NCBI GenBank assembly: GCA_002633005.1
Contig: NMRA01000115.1
Coordinates: 11,996-75,995 of the forward strand
Direction of reading: 5' to 3'
Length of the DNA: 64,000 bases
Origin: Phoronis australis
Lineage: Eukaryota > Animalia > Phoronida
Of the stretch, positions 14,066 through 26,400 are shown in pieces. The notes under the pieces are model-generated. The model was not told the DNA's origin and did no database searches. It saw only the letters and a list, made by a program, of their open reading frames with translations. Numbering within the stretch: the first letter of the stretch is position 1; each line of letters opens with the position of its first letter. The translations under genes were made by a program, and so were the position numbers.

Positions 14066-16076
14066 GGTTGGTAAACTAGAGCACGCTGCAACTGGACTAC
14101 GAAGAAGCTGCTATATTCTCTTTTTCTCCGAATACCTGCATTTCATTTTACGAGATGGTTGATATTCTGCGCATACTCGTACACTGCTTTCGAGCGTAAT
14201 AAAGTCGCCTGTGTGGCGCAACTAACTTTATCGTACATCATGGGCGTGTACATGTTAAGTAATTAGCGCCAACGCTACCGTTTCACAGTTACACCTAGCG
14301 GAAGAGGTGAACTTGTAATCCTTACGCATCAACAACTAGTCCCCTTGCCAAGAGCCTCAAAATCGACACATAGCGTATTTTGTCAACTGCACAGTTGAAA
14401 AATATAGCAATGAAGCAAAACATTTGGGGCCAGAAAATATGTAGTTAAGAAAGGGGAAAAACCTCAAAGAAAGTTAAATGATTTTAGAATTCACATTCGA
14501 TGAAAATCATTTCACCAGTCTCAAGAAAAATATCCAACCACCACGAGCATGATCACAAGTAACATGAACAACTAAACCAAATCTTACTCGTTAAGCAGAC
14601 AAAGCTATCCTCAAAGGGTGAGCTCAACCGACCTACCTCAGGTTGGCATTCAGTGAAGCCTTATAGCATTCAGATCGATAATGGCAAGGCTCTCCCTGAT
14701 ACCCATTTCGGTATTCCTCCGCGAAGACTCAGCGTGGTTGATATAAGTCCTTTATCGCAAGGTTTCAACGTACATCACTTCCGACAGGCAACGAGTTAAG
14801 TATCGTTTCAGAGAGCTGTGCTACATATACCTCTACAGTACAACTCATCATCTAAATTATGCAGAAATACTTTCTTCAGAAGAACTACTAGCAATAAGAT
14901 CGTTATTACAAAACAAAAACATTGCAAACCAGACAAGGGTAGTGGTGTAGTAGTTTTGGATAGGTCAAAATATAGAGAGGCGAATAGTATTTCTGACGAT
15001 TCCAAATTCATTAAACTCGATTATCTGACCTTACAGAAAAATGTGAACGTTCACTGCAGAATGTTCTGTTGGCTTAAGAAATCTAAATGCATTGTTCGGG
15101 AAACTTACAAGCTGGTTAGACCAAGTGTTTCTAACACAGCAAGGTTGTATGGTCTGCCTAAAACACACAGAGCAGATGTTTCTCTCAGACCTGTTGTTTT
15201 ATGTACGAGCACATACACATAAGAGCTGGCTAAGTATAGTTACGGACAGACCTTATGCTTTGAAATACTCGTTCGAATTCGTCAAAGAACTCCGTTCGCT
15301 ACCTAATATTCCATACATGATCAGTTTTGACGTCTCTAACTTACTAATGTACCAGTGGACCAGACTTTTGACATGTGCATACTGTAGGTAAAATGTACCA
15401 AGCGACCTCAGCAGTTCCTGGTTTAAACAACGCTGATTTACGTAATCTTCTGTCTCGTGCTTGTAAACAAAGTCACTTCTTATCCAACGACTGTTATTAT
15501 GACCAGAATTGATGGAGTCGGATGCGATGGGGTCCCCCTTGGACTTGGTTTTGTTTAACATATTTACGATTTGGTTAGAAACAAGAGCTTTTGACTCCTT
15601 TAATGGTATACCTCCTTTATATCATCGTAAATACGTTGAAGATACTTCCTTAGTTTTTGACAACGCGACTAGTGCAGAGCAGTTTTTCCGGTGGATGAAT
15701 TCTCAACACCCTGGCATTATGTTTACTCAAGAGTCTGACGTTAAAGGCGAAGACAACCTTTTTCCATGTCATTTTGAACTAAAAAAAGGTTGGTTGGTTA
15801 TCTTAGACATATTTTCCACTTAATTACAGCTTTTCGTTATTTTATAGATTACTCGTCCGCTACTCCGGAAGTGACGTTTTAGGAGCCAAGCGTTTCCCGC
15901 CACTTGGTTTTGCGTTGACTTTACCGTGCGAATCTGTTCTATTTTACTTTTGTTTTGTGCTGTTTTTCAACAATTGTCGCCACCACATTCCATCGGCGAG
16001 TATTCTGCGGCAAGAAAAGTTAGTAGAGAACTCAACTACGTTGGATTTAGGGATTTTTTAGTGTTGTAAGCTGAAA

Positions 16077-16380
16077 ATGACTGGAGTCGGTGACCCGTAT
16101 CACAGTGACAGTAGTGTGAGTGACGGAGACCTTGTTCACAGCAGTGGTGACGAGGAATTTTTTCACGGACATTCAGTGGGTGGGTACATGTTTGAGCCCA
16201 AGTATAACGAGGCAGAGTACGCACAGGCAAAGGCAGTTGTTGAGAGAAACGAGGCGGCTACTGAGGACAGACGTGGTGACACCTCTTGGTGCAAATGCAC
16301 TGTGTGCGTTGTTATGCCTACCTCAATGGAATGTTTGTGCTGTTCAGAGTTCGACGAGGCCAAGCCACTACTGGACATGA
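16077..16380 (+). pseudogene. Truncated KolX-like accessory protein (Cys-rich, P2X7-ballast/nanor-like N-terminal part)
   Basis: YMFEP...RRGDTSWCKCTVCVVMPTSMECLCCSE fits the WCxCxxCxxMxTxxECxCCxE pattern; the ORF then runs into antisense transposase sequence. Confidence 0.75.
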
Positions 16381-17169
16381 TTAAGTGGACCTCCGGATAC
16401 CACGGACAGAGGAACAACTGTCCCACTTGCCAGAGTGTCCCGCGACACACTCCCACTGGATGGTGACCTGAGCACCCAAACTGCTTACATCGTGTCGTGT
16501 GATTCCCTCGCCCCACACCTGGCACCTTCTAAATAGCTCCAATACTTTAGACAAGTCCACAATAAACTTATCAAAGTTTGGCTCACCGATTTGTTCACTG
16601 GACGACGAACTGTCCTCTTCACTGAGTGTCGAACTGAGCCTGTAATCACTCCCACTACTCAATATCGCTGCAGGGCTGCTTAGAGGCTCTGGGCTCAAGA
16701 AAACAGCACAGAGCGAATCGCTACTGGTTCCAGGAATTGCACGCTCTGGGGTTCGTTCGGAGGCACGAGTGACAGTAGATGAAGTGCCTCCACTGGCTCC
16801 AGTCACTGTACTGGCCACAGCTCGCGAGGCTTCTAGCTTCAAATACGCAATTCTCGGGGGTGGCGACGGGTCACTGCCGGTAATCAACACAGATGGAATG
16901 ACAACCTTCTTCAGACGTTGTTTCGCAATTACCTTCATTAGTTCAGCGTACAAATCCCTTTCGTAATCGGACGGCAGAAAGTGTATGCCACACACACGGT
17001 AATTCTCCGCTGCTTTGTACGTTGCGTGGACGGGTAACGCTGCGTTCTTCACACGAACGAGCCAAGTACGGCGAAGTGTGTTATCCATCGGGAAGCGATG
17101 CAAAGGTACTCCCAAAGCGCGCGTGAGCCGATAATTAGTACATCCTGGTACGCAGCAACAGTGTGGCAT
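16381..17169 (-). pseudogene. Truncated THAP-domain Kolobok transposase (no DDE core)
   Basis: THAP: CCVPGC...LHRFP...W...VCGIHF...LKKVVIPS; followed by KFIVDLSKVLELFRRC...WECVAGHSGKWDS, then ends. Confidence 0.85.
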
Positions 17170-19430
17170 GTTGACTGACTAGTAAATGAAAGCGAACGAC
17201 GACGGAACTTAACACAACCGAGGTAGAACAATGACTGACTCGGCAGTTCTCACAGTCAGACTATATGAAAAGAAATTGGCGCGAAATGCTTACCTCCTAA
17301 AACGTCACTTCCGGAATAGCGGACGAGTAATTAATAAAATTACGAAAAGATGTAATTAAGTGGAAAATATGTCTAGGATAACCAACCAACCTTATTTTAG
17401 CTCAAAATGACATGTCAAAAGGTTGCCTTCGCCTTTAATAGTGAGCTACGTGTCTTGGACATAGTAGTGGCTAGAATCCCTAACAGCGATATTGACACGT
17501 TTTGCTTTCATAGAATTCATCAGCTTACCTTTGGTACTTGAATTTATAGCTTCACACCTATTAAGTATAAACGGTCACTGGTTTGTGGTCTAATTAGTAG
17601 AGCTAAACGGATTTACTCAAATACTAGTAAGAATACTAGACAAAGAAATGACTGTCAAGAGCAATGGTTACCCATTGATATTACAGATGTGTTTTAAAAA
17701 GCCATTCCTATTACGGGTGACAGTGTAATATGGTAATGAGACAAAAAGGAATTATTTTGTTCTTCATTATCCTGGCAATAACAGTATCTTGCTTAAAAGA
17801 CAATTAACCAGTTTAGTGTACTCGGTTTATGGCCCATATTGAATTTATTGTTGTACTTAATCCGTCTTGCAAGTTATCATTGCCCAAAAACTTAAACACC
17901 CTTTTGTGAGTACTTCAGAGGTATAATGTTGTGTAGATGTTTGACTGCCAAACAATGATGTAACTAGATTCAGATTGGCTATCAGTTAAAGTCTTGTGAA
18001 CATGCGTGTGGTGGTTGGATATTTTCCTTGAGAATGCGTGACGGCGTTCTGACGCTCAGCAACTTTTCCAGACGTGAGTGGTTCTGAACGTGCGATAACA
18101 TCTGGCTTCTTTGTTAAAATATGCTTTCAGAATCTATCGTTGGCTTGTATCGCGCATCGGCACAGAAGTGGTGGCTTTGGGGTCAGTGGTGTTAATTTTG
18201 TGATTTTCACCGTTGTCTCCCAGACTTTTGCGGAGACTTTTGTTTAAAATACTCTGCTATTTAGTGCTTGGGACTTGGCTCAGTGGCAGAACGGTCAGTT
18301 ACTAATGTGGACCTAGTTAACTCCTCAGTTGCAAGACAAAACAGCTCACTTGACATGTCTAGAAGTTTCTCACTATGCCACACATATGGTTTGAAAGCTG
18401 GATAATTTTAGTATTTTACTAAAATTCTACCAGATACCATTTGGCAGTTCGGGTGCGAATCATTGACTAGCACATGCGCGCAACAAGGGGGGCTCGGGGG
18501 CTGAATAAACAATGCATAAGCCCTGAAAAAAACCCGTTTACGTTTTTTTTTAGTCAAAAGGTCCTATATGTATGTACTTGCGCGTTAGGTTGCAAGTTTT
18601 CTTTATTAAAATAAACTACAGTTTTAAATGTAACGATTTATTACTTGAAAAGAGATAACAAAGATGAAAACAACGGTAACTGAGCTTTGAATTTGTTGCA
18701 TCTCCTGAAAGTAGATAAATGACAAACAATATTTGATACTGTCGTTCTAGAGGAATTGGCACCTGAGTTGCAGGCAATATGATATTTAGCAATTGAAAAC
18801 TGAGACAGAAATGTCATATAATTAACAGTCCTGTTCCCTATGTTACGATTCGGACCTGATTACATGTTTGAGTGTCATTTACAATGCTGCAATTGTATTA
18901 CTTAAAACAACCTTTCGAAACTTTAATGATCGACGTCGAGTCGGGATTGACCTAGCCTTTGAACTTCCATGTCAGATGTCACTGTTGAAGTAGTGCGGGA
19001 AGTGAATACGGAAATCATTATTACGTGGCCGTATTGCACTCGACTGATTCAACGCGTATAGGATAAAGTAGCAACAGTCATGCAATGTGTTGAATCCACT
19101 ACGGGGTACACGAAGTAACTAAAGAGGTTTCGCAAAGCGACTTGAACGTGAATTATCACGCATATATTTCCGAGTCATACATGCCATTGTTGGCTGTGAC
19201 GTAAGCCCGATAGTGTTTGCGTTATTTTACTCGACTACTGGGAGATGCGCTTCACTTTATATGCGAAACATGTGGCCCCTTTTTAATTCTTATTTGGCAA
19301 GACATCGAAACGATTTTTATTTTGATAAAGTTCTCAATCTTTCGTCTTTGCTTTGTATAAAATGAACACGATTATTTTGTCTATAAATGTTGCAAGAAAG
19401 TACCTTTTCCAAAATCCTTATTCTGCCGAG

Positions 19431-22349
19431 TAGTCGGTGGGCCAGATCTCATAGCGTTAATCCTTATGAGTACTTTGGGGGGCAACCTAGTTTTTCCTAT
19501 GTGGCCAGATGATACATGTATACTTATAAATCAAATTCCAAAAAGTTCCCACGTCTACACTTGCACATTTTTGTTAAAAAAGGTATTTTATTTGCACAAA
19601 ATATTATACACATTCCTGCCACTTGGTGGCGCTTTTCTATTGAATTGACCAATCAGAGAGCCAGATTGTATTTTTGTGCTTAGTTACTTCAATATGGCTG
19701 CTCCCATGGAGTGTGATGCCTGTATAAGTCAAGGTTTATCCAACAGCACAAAATTGTGATGCCCGGCAGAGCCTGAAGAAGCTTAGGAAAGCTTCCTGAC
19801 GAAATCTGATGGTCTGTGGAACTTTGTAGATCAGTAGATCAAACAGAAGAAGAGGTGTCACAAACGTTTGTGCAGAAAACAGCTGCATGTCCTGGTATAG
19901 CCTGCACAGTATACTGCTGAGTGCTGCAGACTAGAAGACCAAGTGTCAGACCAAAAAATTGAAAGGACATGTAACGGCATAGCAACGTTTCAAGGCACCA
20001 ACAATAGCACTAAAGCTCAAGTTGCTGAAAGTGATACAGATGTTATCCAAGATTTCCCAAGAAAATCAATTATACTTCCAAAATCTGAAACACCCAATTA
20101 ACCTGAACAAGATAGGAACATTCTGAATTATGAGTGCATCATTTGTTAGCAGGAAAAGTACATTATGGATCATATTTCAAGAAAGAGAAAGAAGTATAGC
20201 TTTGAAAAACAGCTGCGTGTTTTTTGAAAGGTACATCTTGGTGTTTTCCATGTGTGTTTCAGTATTATCACCAGTTATTTTTTAAGTTGTTCAGCCCCTT
20301 GACTGCCTAGGCCTTAGACAATACCACCGACACAGTAGAGACGGTGATCATATCATACAGTAGGTACTCCATATGCCGGATGGTTTTCAGCAAATTATGT
20401 TCCTCTAAGTTTAGAAGTACCGAGTAGAGAGATGCCTCTGAGGAGGTCATTATTGTTTTCATTTGTTCCCAGTTTAAACAAATACTCCAGCAATCCTGTT
20501 TTTCGAACACTCCGTTGTTCAGTTGCCACATCGACACTGCTTGCTCTAAGGGATAATCATATGGCGTTATACTGTGGGTGTAATTTTAAAGCACTTTAAT
20601 TCAAAAACTTTTGAGAAGGTTAAATGAAGTAGATGGTTACAAACAACACGCCCAAGCGGCCGTCATCCCCTGCCGTAGTCTTTGGATAGGGGGAACCTCT
20701 TCTCAATTTGTTGTAAACATTACTTAGGTAGCTACAATGATAATTAAAATAAAGTGCCTAAGTGGCCGTCGTCGCCGTCGTAATTTGAGGACGATGGATG
20801 CCACTTTCCATTTCGTCAAACTTCGATTACCTTAAGTTCAAATCGATTGACTATGGTTTGAACATCTGATTTTAAAAAAATTAAATTTCAGTAACTGCAC
20901 TGGTATATTAGCTGATTTATTTTCAGTTGCATCAACTAATCTAATTATTAGACGATCAACATTTTTAGGCGACAGATCAGACGGCATGTAAATTTGTTAG
21001 GCTGGTGGTGGGTCAGTTCCTGATACAGGTAAGTCCGTCTGAAAAAGTTGCATGCCAAATCACCCACAGTTGAATGTTAAATTAGTGTTAACAGTTCGGG
21101 TTTTTTCAGTTGGACTTGTATCACAAGCAACAGCTCAGTCCAGAGCCCTGAATATGCAAATGAAATTCAAAGATAAAGACCTTGTGTCTTAGAAGCCAAG
21201 TACCGCAGATCATCATGCTATAAAAATAGAAAGACAACCATTGTGAGGAGTGACGAATCCACAGTTTCAGAGATGTTTTTCTACAGTTTTGTTTGAAGTT
21301 CATTGAATCAAAGCTTCTAACACATGGAAATGTCATTTGCCTTTTAAAACTAACGCAAGACTTTAAAGCTGTTCTTCAGAAAGCTGGTGTGCATGAAGTT
21401 ATTTGGACTGGCAATATTAAGAAATATTGTTGAAGCTACTCACTATTGTAGTTTGTGCCCGACTAAGAGTACGAAAGTGAATTGAGGCTAGTGTTCAATA
21501 ATTCATTTCCTGACTCTAATTAACACAGCCCATTGTAACATATTTTGAATCACACGTTTGCCCAAATCCTGCTCGCCTCCAAACAAGGACTTAGTGTTTG
21601 ACCCTTCATTGCCTGCTGGCCAATCACGAGTGTGCAGTTCTGTACCCTCTCTAATCGACCATAGTTGGCTCCTTGGCGGTGGAGTTTTACAGTTAAAATG
21701 TATGGTAATGCCTGCATCTCCATTAACCGTACTAAACGATGAAAGCTGCAAGTGCAAAAAGAACATGTGTGCTGGGAAACTGAGTTTGTGCTGCAATGCT
21801 GGGTCAAACTGTACAGAAATGTGCAGCTGTGACAACTGTAGTAACATCAGCAACACTGACTGCATAACATTGAATAGTTCTTTGACAAGTCAACCCTAAC
21901 TAGACCCCCAACCCCGTTATTTCGTTTTTTGTATTAAAAGTTAATTTTATTTGTTGATTAAGTCATAGAAAGTACATACTTTGATCACTGTCATGTATTT
22001 GTCTCATACTGCTTGATAAACGATGTCAAAATAATCTACAATAGTAAAACATGTAATGTGAGTGTAATATTGTTCAATACAATGGCACTGATGGGGCCAT
22101 AATACTTGTTTTACAAAAAAGTCACCAAAACTGTTGTTTTTACAAATGTAAGTTTACTAAGTTCTTTGGTGATTATTAGGTAACTTCAAAATCAAATTTC
22201 TCAAAAATGTACAACTTGATATGTGGGAACTTTTTAGATTTCGAAAACACTCTAATAAATGAATTAAAAAGCAGCAAAATAAAATTGCCCCCCTAAAGTA
22301 CTCAAAAAAATATTTTCTAGAGGCCCTACAAATTCTGGCCCACCGACTA
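19431..22349 (+). mobile_element. Degenerate Academ-type DNA transposon
   Basis: Perfect 16-bp TIR TAGTCGGTGGGCCAGA (19431-19446) / TCTGGCCCACCGACTA (22334-22349), with subterminal GAGTACTTT.GGGGGCAA mirrored. Internal relic 21558-21899 reads HSWLLGGGVLQL...SCKCKKNMC...CCNAGSNCTEMCSCDNCSN, like Academ transposase C-termini. Confidence 0.8.
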
Positions 22350-22445
22350 GGGGTTCGCTGGATATAATGTAATCGAATTAGAACGGATTTTTACTAATAT
22401 GATTTTGTGTTGTTAAATTTTATATGCTTAATTTACATGCATCTA

Positions 22446-22451
22446 TTTATT
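22446..22451 (-). promoter_or_regulatory. Candidate polyadenylation signal of the LPMO-like/DOMON gene
   Basis: AATAAA on the minus strand ~350 bp after the stop codon; unverified. Confidence 0.3.
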
Positions 22452-22797
22452 TTAAACTGAAAATAAATTTCGCATTCTTAATACTTAACCATTTCTCGCA
22501 AGAGTTCGTAGAAATAACTTTTTCACGTATGTGTAAAAGAAGTAGCATTGGTAGAGTGACTTTTAAGTATTTTGTAAACCATCTGACATGTACTAGGCTT
22601 ACAATAACTGGACACCCTGAGTTATTCAGTTCACGGTTACTTCTACGTTCACATAAACATTTAGCTGTTGCCAAGCCCATTTTTGTTACTGTAGCGTGAA
22701 TCGGCACGTGCGCTTAAGTATGTGTGATAATTCACGTTCTCGTCGCTTTGCGAAACCTCTCTATTGCCACACATATCACAGAACAATGACCACTGAT

Positions 22798-23441
22798 TCA
22801 TTCTTCTTTTTGTTCTTTAGACGTTACTCCTTGAGTTTCTTCCCCAATGGGTGAAAGGGGCGGCGCCACACGAGGCTCGCACGCTGATAAGCTACTCATT
22901 GGTGACTCCACGGCGGGTGGTATTATTGTATTGGCTCGCTGAGCAACCACGTGGTTTAAATTGGGCCGTTCTATAGGCGGGAGGGCATTAGCGTGTCTTC
23001 CCTTTACGTCTGGCATTTTCGGAACATTCAAAGAAGTAGCGTTAGCGTTCCCATTCTTGGTTAAGCTGTCCCCGCTATCTGAAGCATTTGCATTGACAGT
23101 TTTACCGCTTGGTGGCGGAGTTGTTGAGAAGTGGTCCTCTCTGTTGTTGAGTAAAGGCTCCGTACTTTCCGGTCGCGCTTCATGATTAGCCAATGAGGAA
23201 GATGCGATATCAGTTTCGTTCTGATCGAAAACTTGACATCCATTCATTTCTTTACGCAATTGGAATTGCAGTGTCGTGGTCTGGGAGGACACTTTCGATT
23301 GCGACCATTTCCACTTCAAAATTCTAGCAACAATCAATGTTGCAAAAACGGCGACAGCTAAAACAACTCCACAGCAAACAGCAGCGATTGTCGTGGAAGA
23401 TACTCCAACAGGTTCCTCCTTCGAAGTTTCCTTGGTGTTGC
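22798..23441 (-). CDS. Terminal exon: transmembrane helix and ~175-aa cytoplasmic tail
   Basis: TTTTAAG acceptor; IAAVCCGVVLAVAVFATLIVARILKWKW is a hydrophobic helix with basic stop-transfer residues; continues into ORF 22798..23337. Confidence 0.85.
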
Positions 23442-26400
23442 CTTAAAAACAGAGCAAAACAGGAACAAATTTTTATGTTGATTTCTGCCGCTTGCTCGTA
23501 TTCATTAACGTATTTGATCGAGAAATTCAAATTGTTTTAAGATTTTGTGTACTGACATTGGTGTTACAATTTACATGTCCACGCAAGATCAATATGATCT
23601 TGTGATGGACCAATTATTAATGATGACCGAAAGAACAATAGCTCCTGCTAAAAAACCAAAGCTCTCATGTTTCACTTTTGCCAAACTCGAGGGGTGCAAA
23701 TGCCTGGACATAATCTAATAGTCACGATGCCGTTATGTTTTCCAACCACTTGTTAATACATAAACGTCGTTAAGCCCCACTAACCAATGTAATGTAACTG
23801 CGACGTTTAAAATGATAAGTAGCGACTATGCAGTTGAATTTTCAATGCATAATCTTGGTGCTTCTTATGTACTTGTAACAACCATGTCTGGGTGATTTTT
23901 CTGTTATTCAGAAGTGGTATGTCAGATCGTTTATGCATTTTATTTAAAGTCAGACCTTAGCACGTGCTCCTCCTATAAGTTTAACTCTCCATTCGAAGAG
24001 GTAGAAACACTCATTGCGTGATCAACCTACTTATCGATACATTAGGTATCAAACACATATCTTATCCGTTTCGTTCAGGTAATGAAGGACATACTCCAAT
24101 TCGCGTAGCTTGTCAGATTTGAAGAGCTCTGTAACTCACTAAACAACTGTAAAACTTTTGATTGATATCCTAGTCCAAAAAATCTCGTCTAACCCGACCT
24201 TGAAATCGAATCCAAGGACCCCCCCCCCAAATGTCCCACACTTTCACCACTGAGCTATTGTATATGCATCAAGACCACGTACGGAACATCGAATATAATT
24301 CACTTAAAACTGTCAATGAGCTGAACCCAGGCACTAAGGAATGGTTGCTTGTTCAGAATGCGATAGTATCCCGTAGTGACAATTCATTCTGAGATGCATG
24401 CTATCTTTTCGCTTGGTTACATTATTTGCCACATTGAAAAAAAAATTGCCTGTCCCGACCTGCAGTAGAAATCAAACCAAGGATCTCCGGAATACTATTC
24501 GGGTACTCTGACCCCTGAGCAATCGAGATCGTAGGACTGAAGTAACCTTATGTATTTTGGCGAAGAGCTACAACGCCTTCAAGAATAAATCTTTATCACC
24601 GGATACTTGTGCGCTGCTAACAAGTTACCCTTCGTTCGATGCTTTCTGTATCACCAGATTGGCATTTCATTGACGAATGAGTCATCATGACGTACATGTA
24701 CGTGACTGCAGTTTTGATGAGGACGGCAACACCCTACAAGCGACTTACATGTACATGCAGCATACCAATTACCGATCAAGGTATCAAAGCGCACCGTACA
24801 ATTATGACGAGGGTTCAATAAATTCACGGTGTTGTCCAGTATATTGGGCGATTACAAAGAGAAGACATTTCAGTCTGAACAAACGTTACCTTTGAGCGAA
24901 ACTTGAATGTACGAAGGATCAACTGATAGTTGTCCTAGCATTCCAGTCTTAATTCTGTTGATGATGGTTGACTGAACCAAACTAGTTGTTGCGTTTACTT
25001 CTGTTTGTGTTCCTTTGAAAAGGAATATCATTTCCACGTTTGCAACAACACTCCCTTTCCTGGAAAGAGGAAATGCATATAGGTAAAAATTTATGGATGA
25101 AAAGTGAATCATCAATCTACAAATCGGTGACATTTTCAGAAAAACGGACTATGTTCGGTTGCGTGGCGAATGCAATTTGAGTTCTTTGTAAAATGGAGTT
25201 GATCAAGAAAATCATAAAATGACTGCAGAGGGGAGTCATTGAAAGATTTATTTTAGTGAACATCGAATTCATGGATATGCGAAATAAATTCTAATTGACT
25301 GGACTTTAGAATACAGAGTTAAAATAGACTTCACTTACGAAAAGCCTTGAACTTCTGTTCTGTTATAACCCGCCACGTTTGCAAACGATTCGTCAAACTG
25401 CAAAACACAGCATTTAATTAATCATATGCTAATATTTCATACGTGAACGACAATAATTTGCAAGTGAACGTGAACAAACATTTAGATTGCAACAGACACC
25501 TGCTTCAACATGCACCCTGTTAAGACTCACAAATCGTTACATTGTCATCGACACTTACTCCTCGAATAACGTCCTTTTCCAAGTTTAGGTATGCTGCACT
25601 TTTTGTGTCCTTCAGATCATATGTGAACGTCTGGTCTAGCAAAAGTACTCTGGCTACAAACGTTTTCTGGACTGGAGCTGTTAACAAAGAAATACGTAGA
25701 ACACATGGGTTAGCTCATGAAAATGTGACCAGCACAATTATTTTGGTGAGGTAAATTTAATCTGAACTAATACTTTGGGCTTGCTTATTTCATCAGCCTA
25801 AAACGATTTTTTACTGTTTTACTTGTTTTCCGTGGTAGAAATTTACCTCTGGTGTTGAAGTTACGGTGAAACTGGAAAATGGGAATCTGGGTCAAAGCAA
25901 CAAATACACAATGAATACTAACCTGAATATGTGGTACCACATTTGATACAAATTTTATGTGGTGAAATCGAGGGTGTGGACGCATGCTTGGTGATTGTAC
26001 CGTCAGCACTGTACCACCCCCCCTTGACATACATAAAGTACACACAGTCGTTTTCAGTTATAACAACGTCTTCCTTGTCATCGGCAGTTACCGGAAGCCT
26101 TGCAAATCGAACAGAGGTAAAGCCATTGTTAAATGACCCGCTAACGATTTTGACATCTTGCTTAGCATCTGTTCGTGGTGCTGCATAGCTACTTCCAATC
26201 CATCTAAAAACAAAACACGACAAATACAACGTAGAGCTGCACGTCTATCTGTGCTAATGAATGGGTGCTACCGAATTACGTTGAGTTCTTTCTGTATGTA
26301 TTAATTGTTATATGTTCCGTTTAAGATAATATGGGCATTTCTCTTTACTTGAAGCAAGTGATTTACAGAACCACCTTTTCCAAATAGTTATTTAACTGTC

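Larger units (their letters stand above)
15745..17434. mobile_element. Non-autonomous Kolobok DNA transposon, family A (convergent KolX-like and THAP-transposase 5' parts)
   Basis: TTAA TSD at 15741-15744 and 17435-17438; termini AGGCGAAG.../...CTTCGCCT; ~150-bp imperfect TIRs; two convergent truncated ORFs. Confidence 0.9.
14800..17900 (+). mobile_element. Degenerate Penelope-like retroelement reverse transcriptase, interrupted by a Kolobok insertion
   Basis: Frameshifted motifs KPDKGSGVVVLD, LYGLPKTH..LRPV, MISFDVSNL, AMGSPL..LFNIF..LE, RKYVEDT, FTQESDV; the frame resumes after the insertion as NSELRVLDIVVAR at 17438. Outer boundaries are approximate. Confidence 0.8.

Noticed and set aside
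16077-16466. Host P2X7 receptor gene
   Set aside because: No channel domain; truncated and inside Kolobok TIRs.
21558-21899. Cys-rich ORF as a metallothionein or tesmin/CXC host gene
   Set aside because: Lies inside TAG-terminal TIRs and fits an Academ transposase C-terminus.
24195-24530. tRNA genes on the minus strand
   Set aside because: Only degenerate A/B-box-like traces without a cloverleaf; probably SINE relics.
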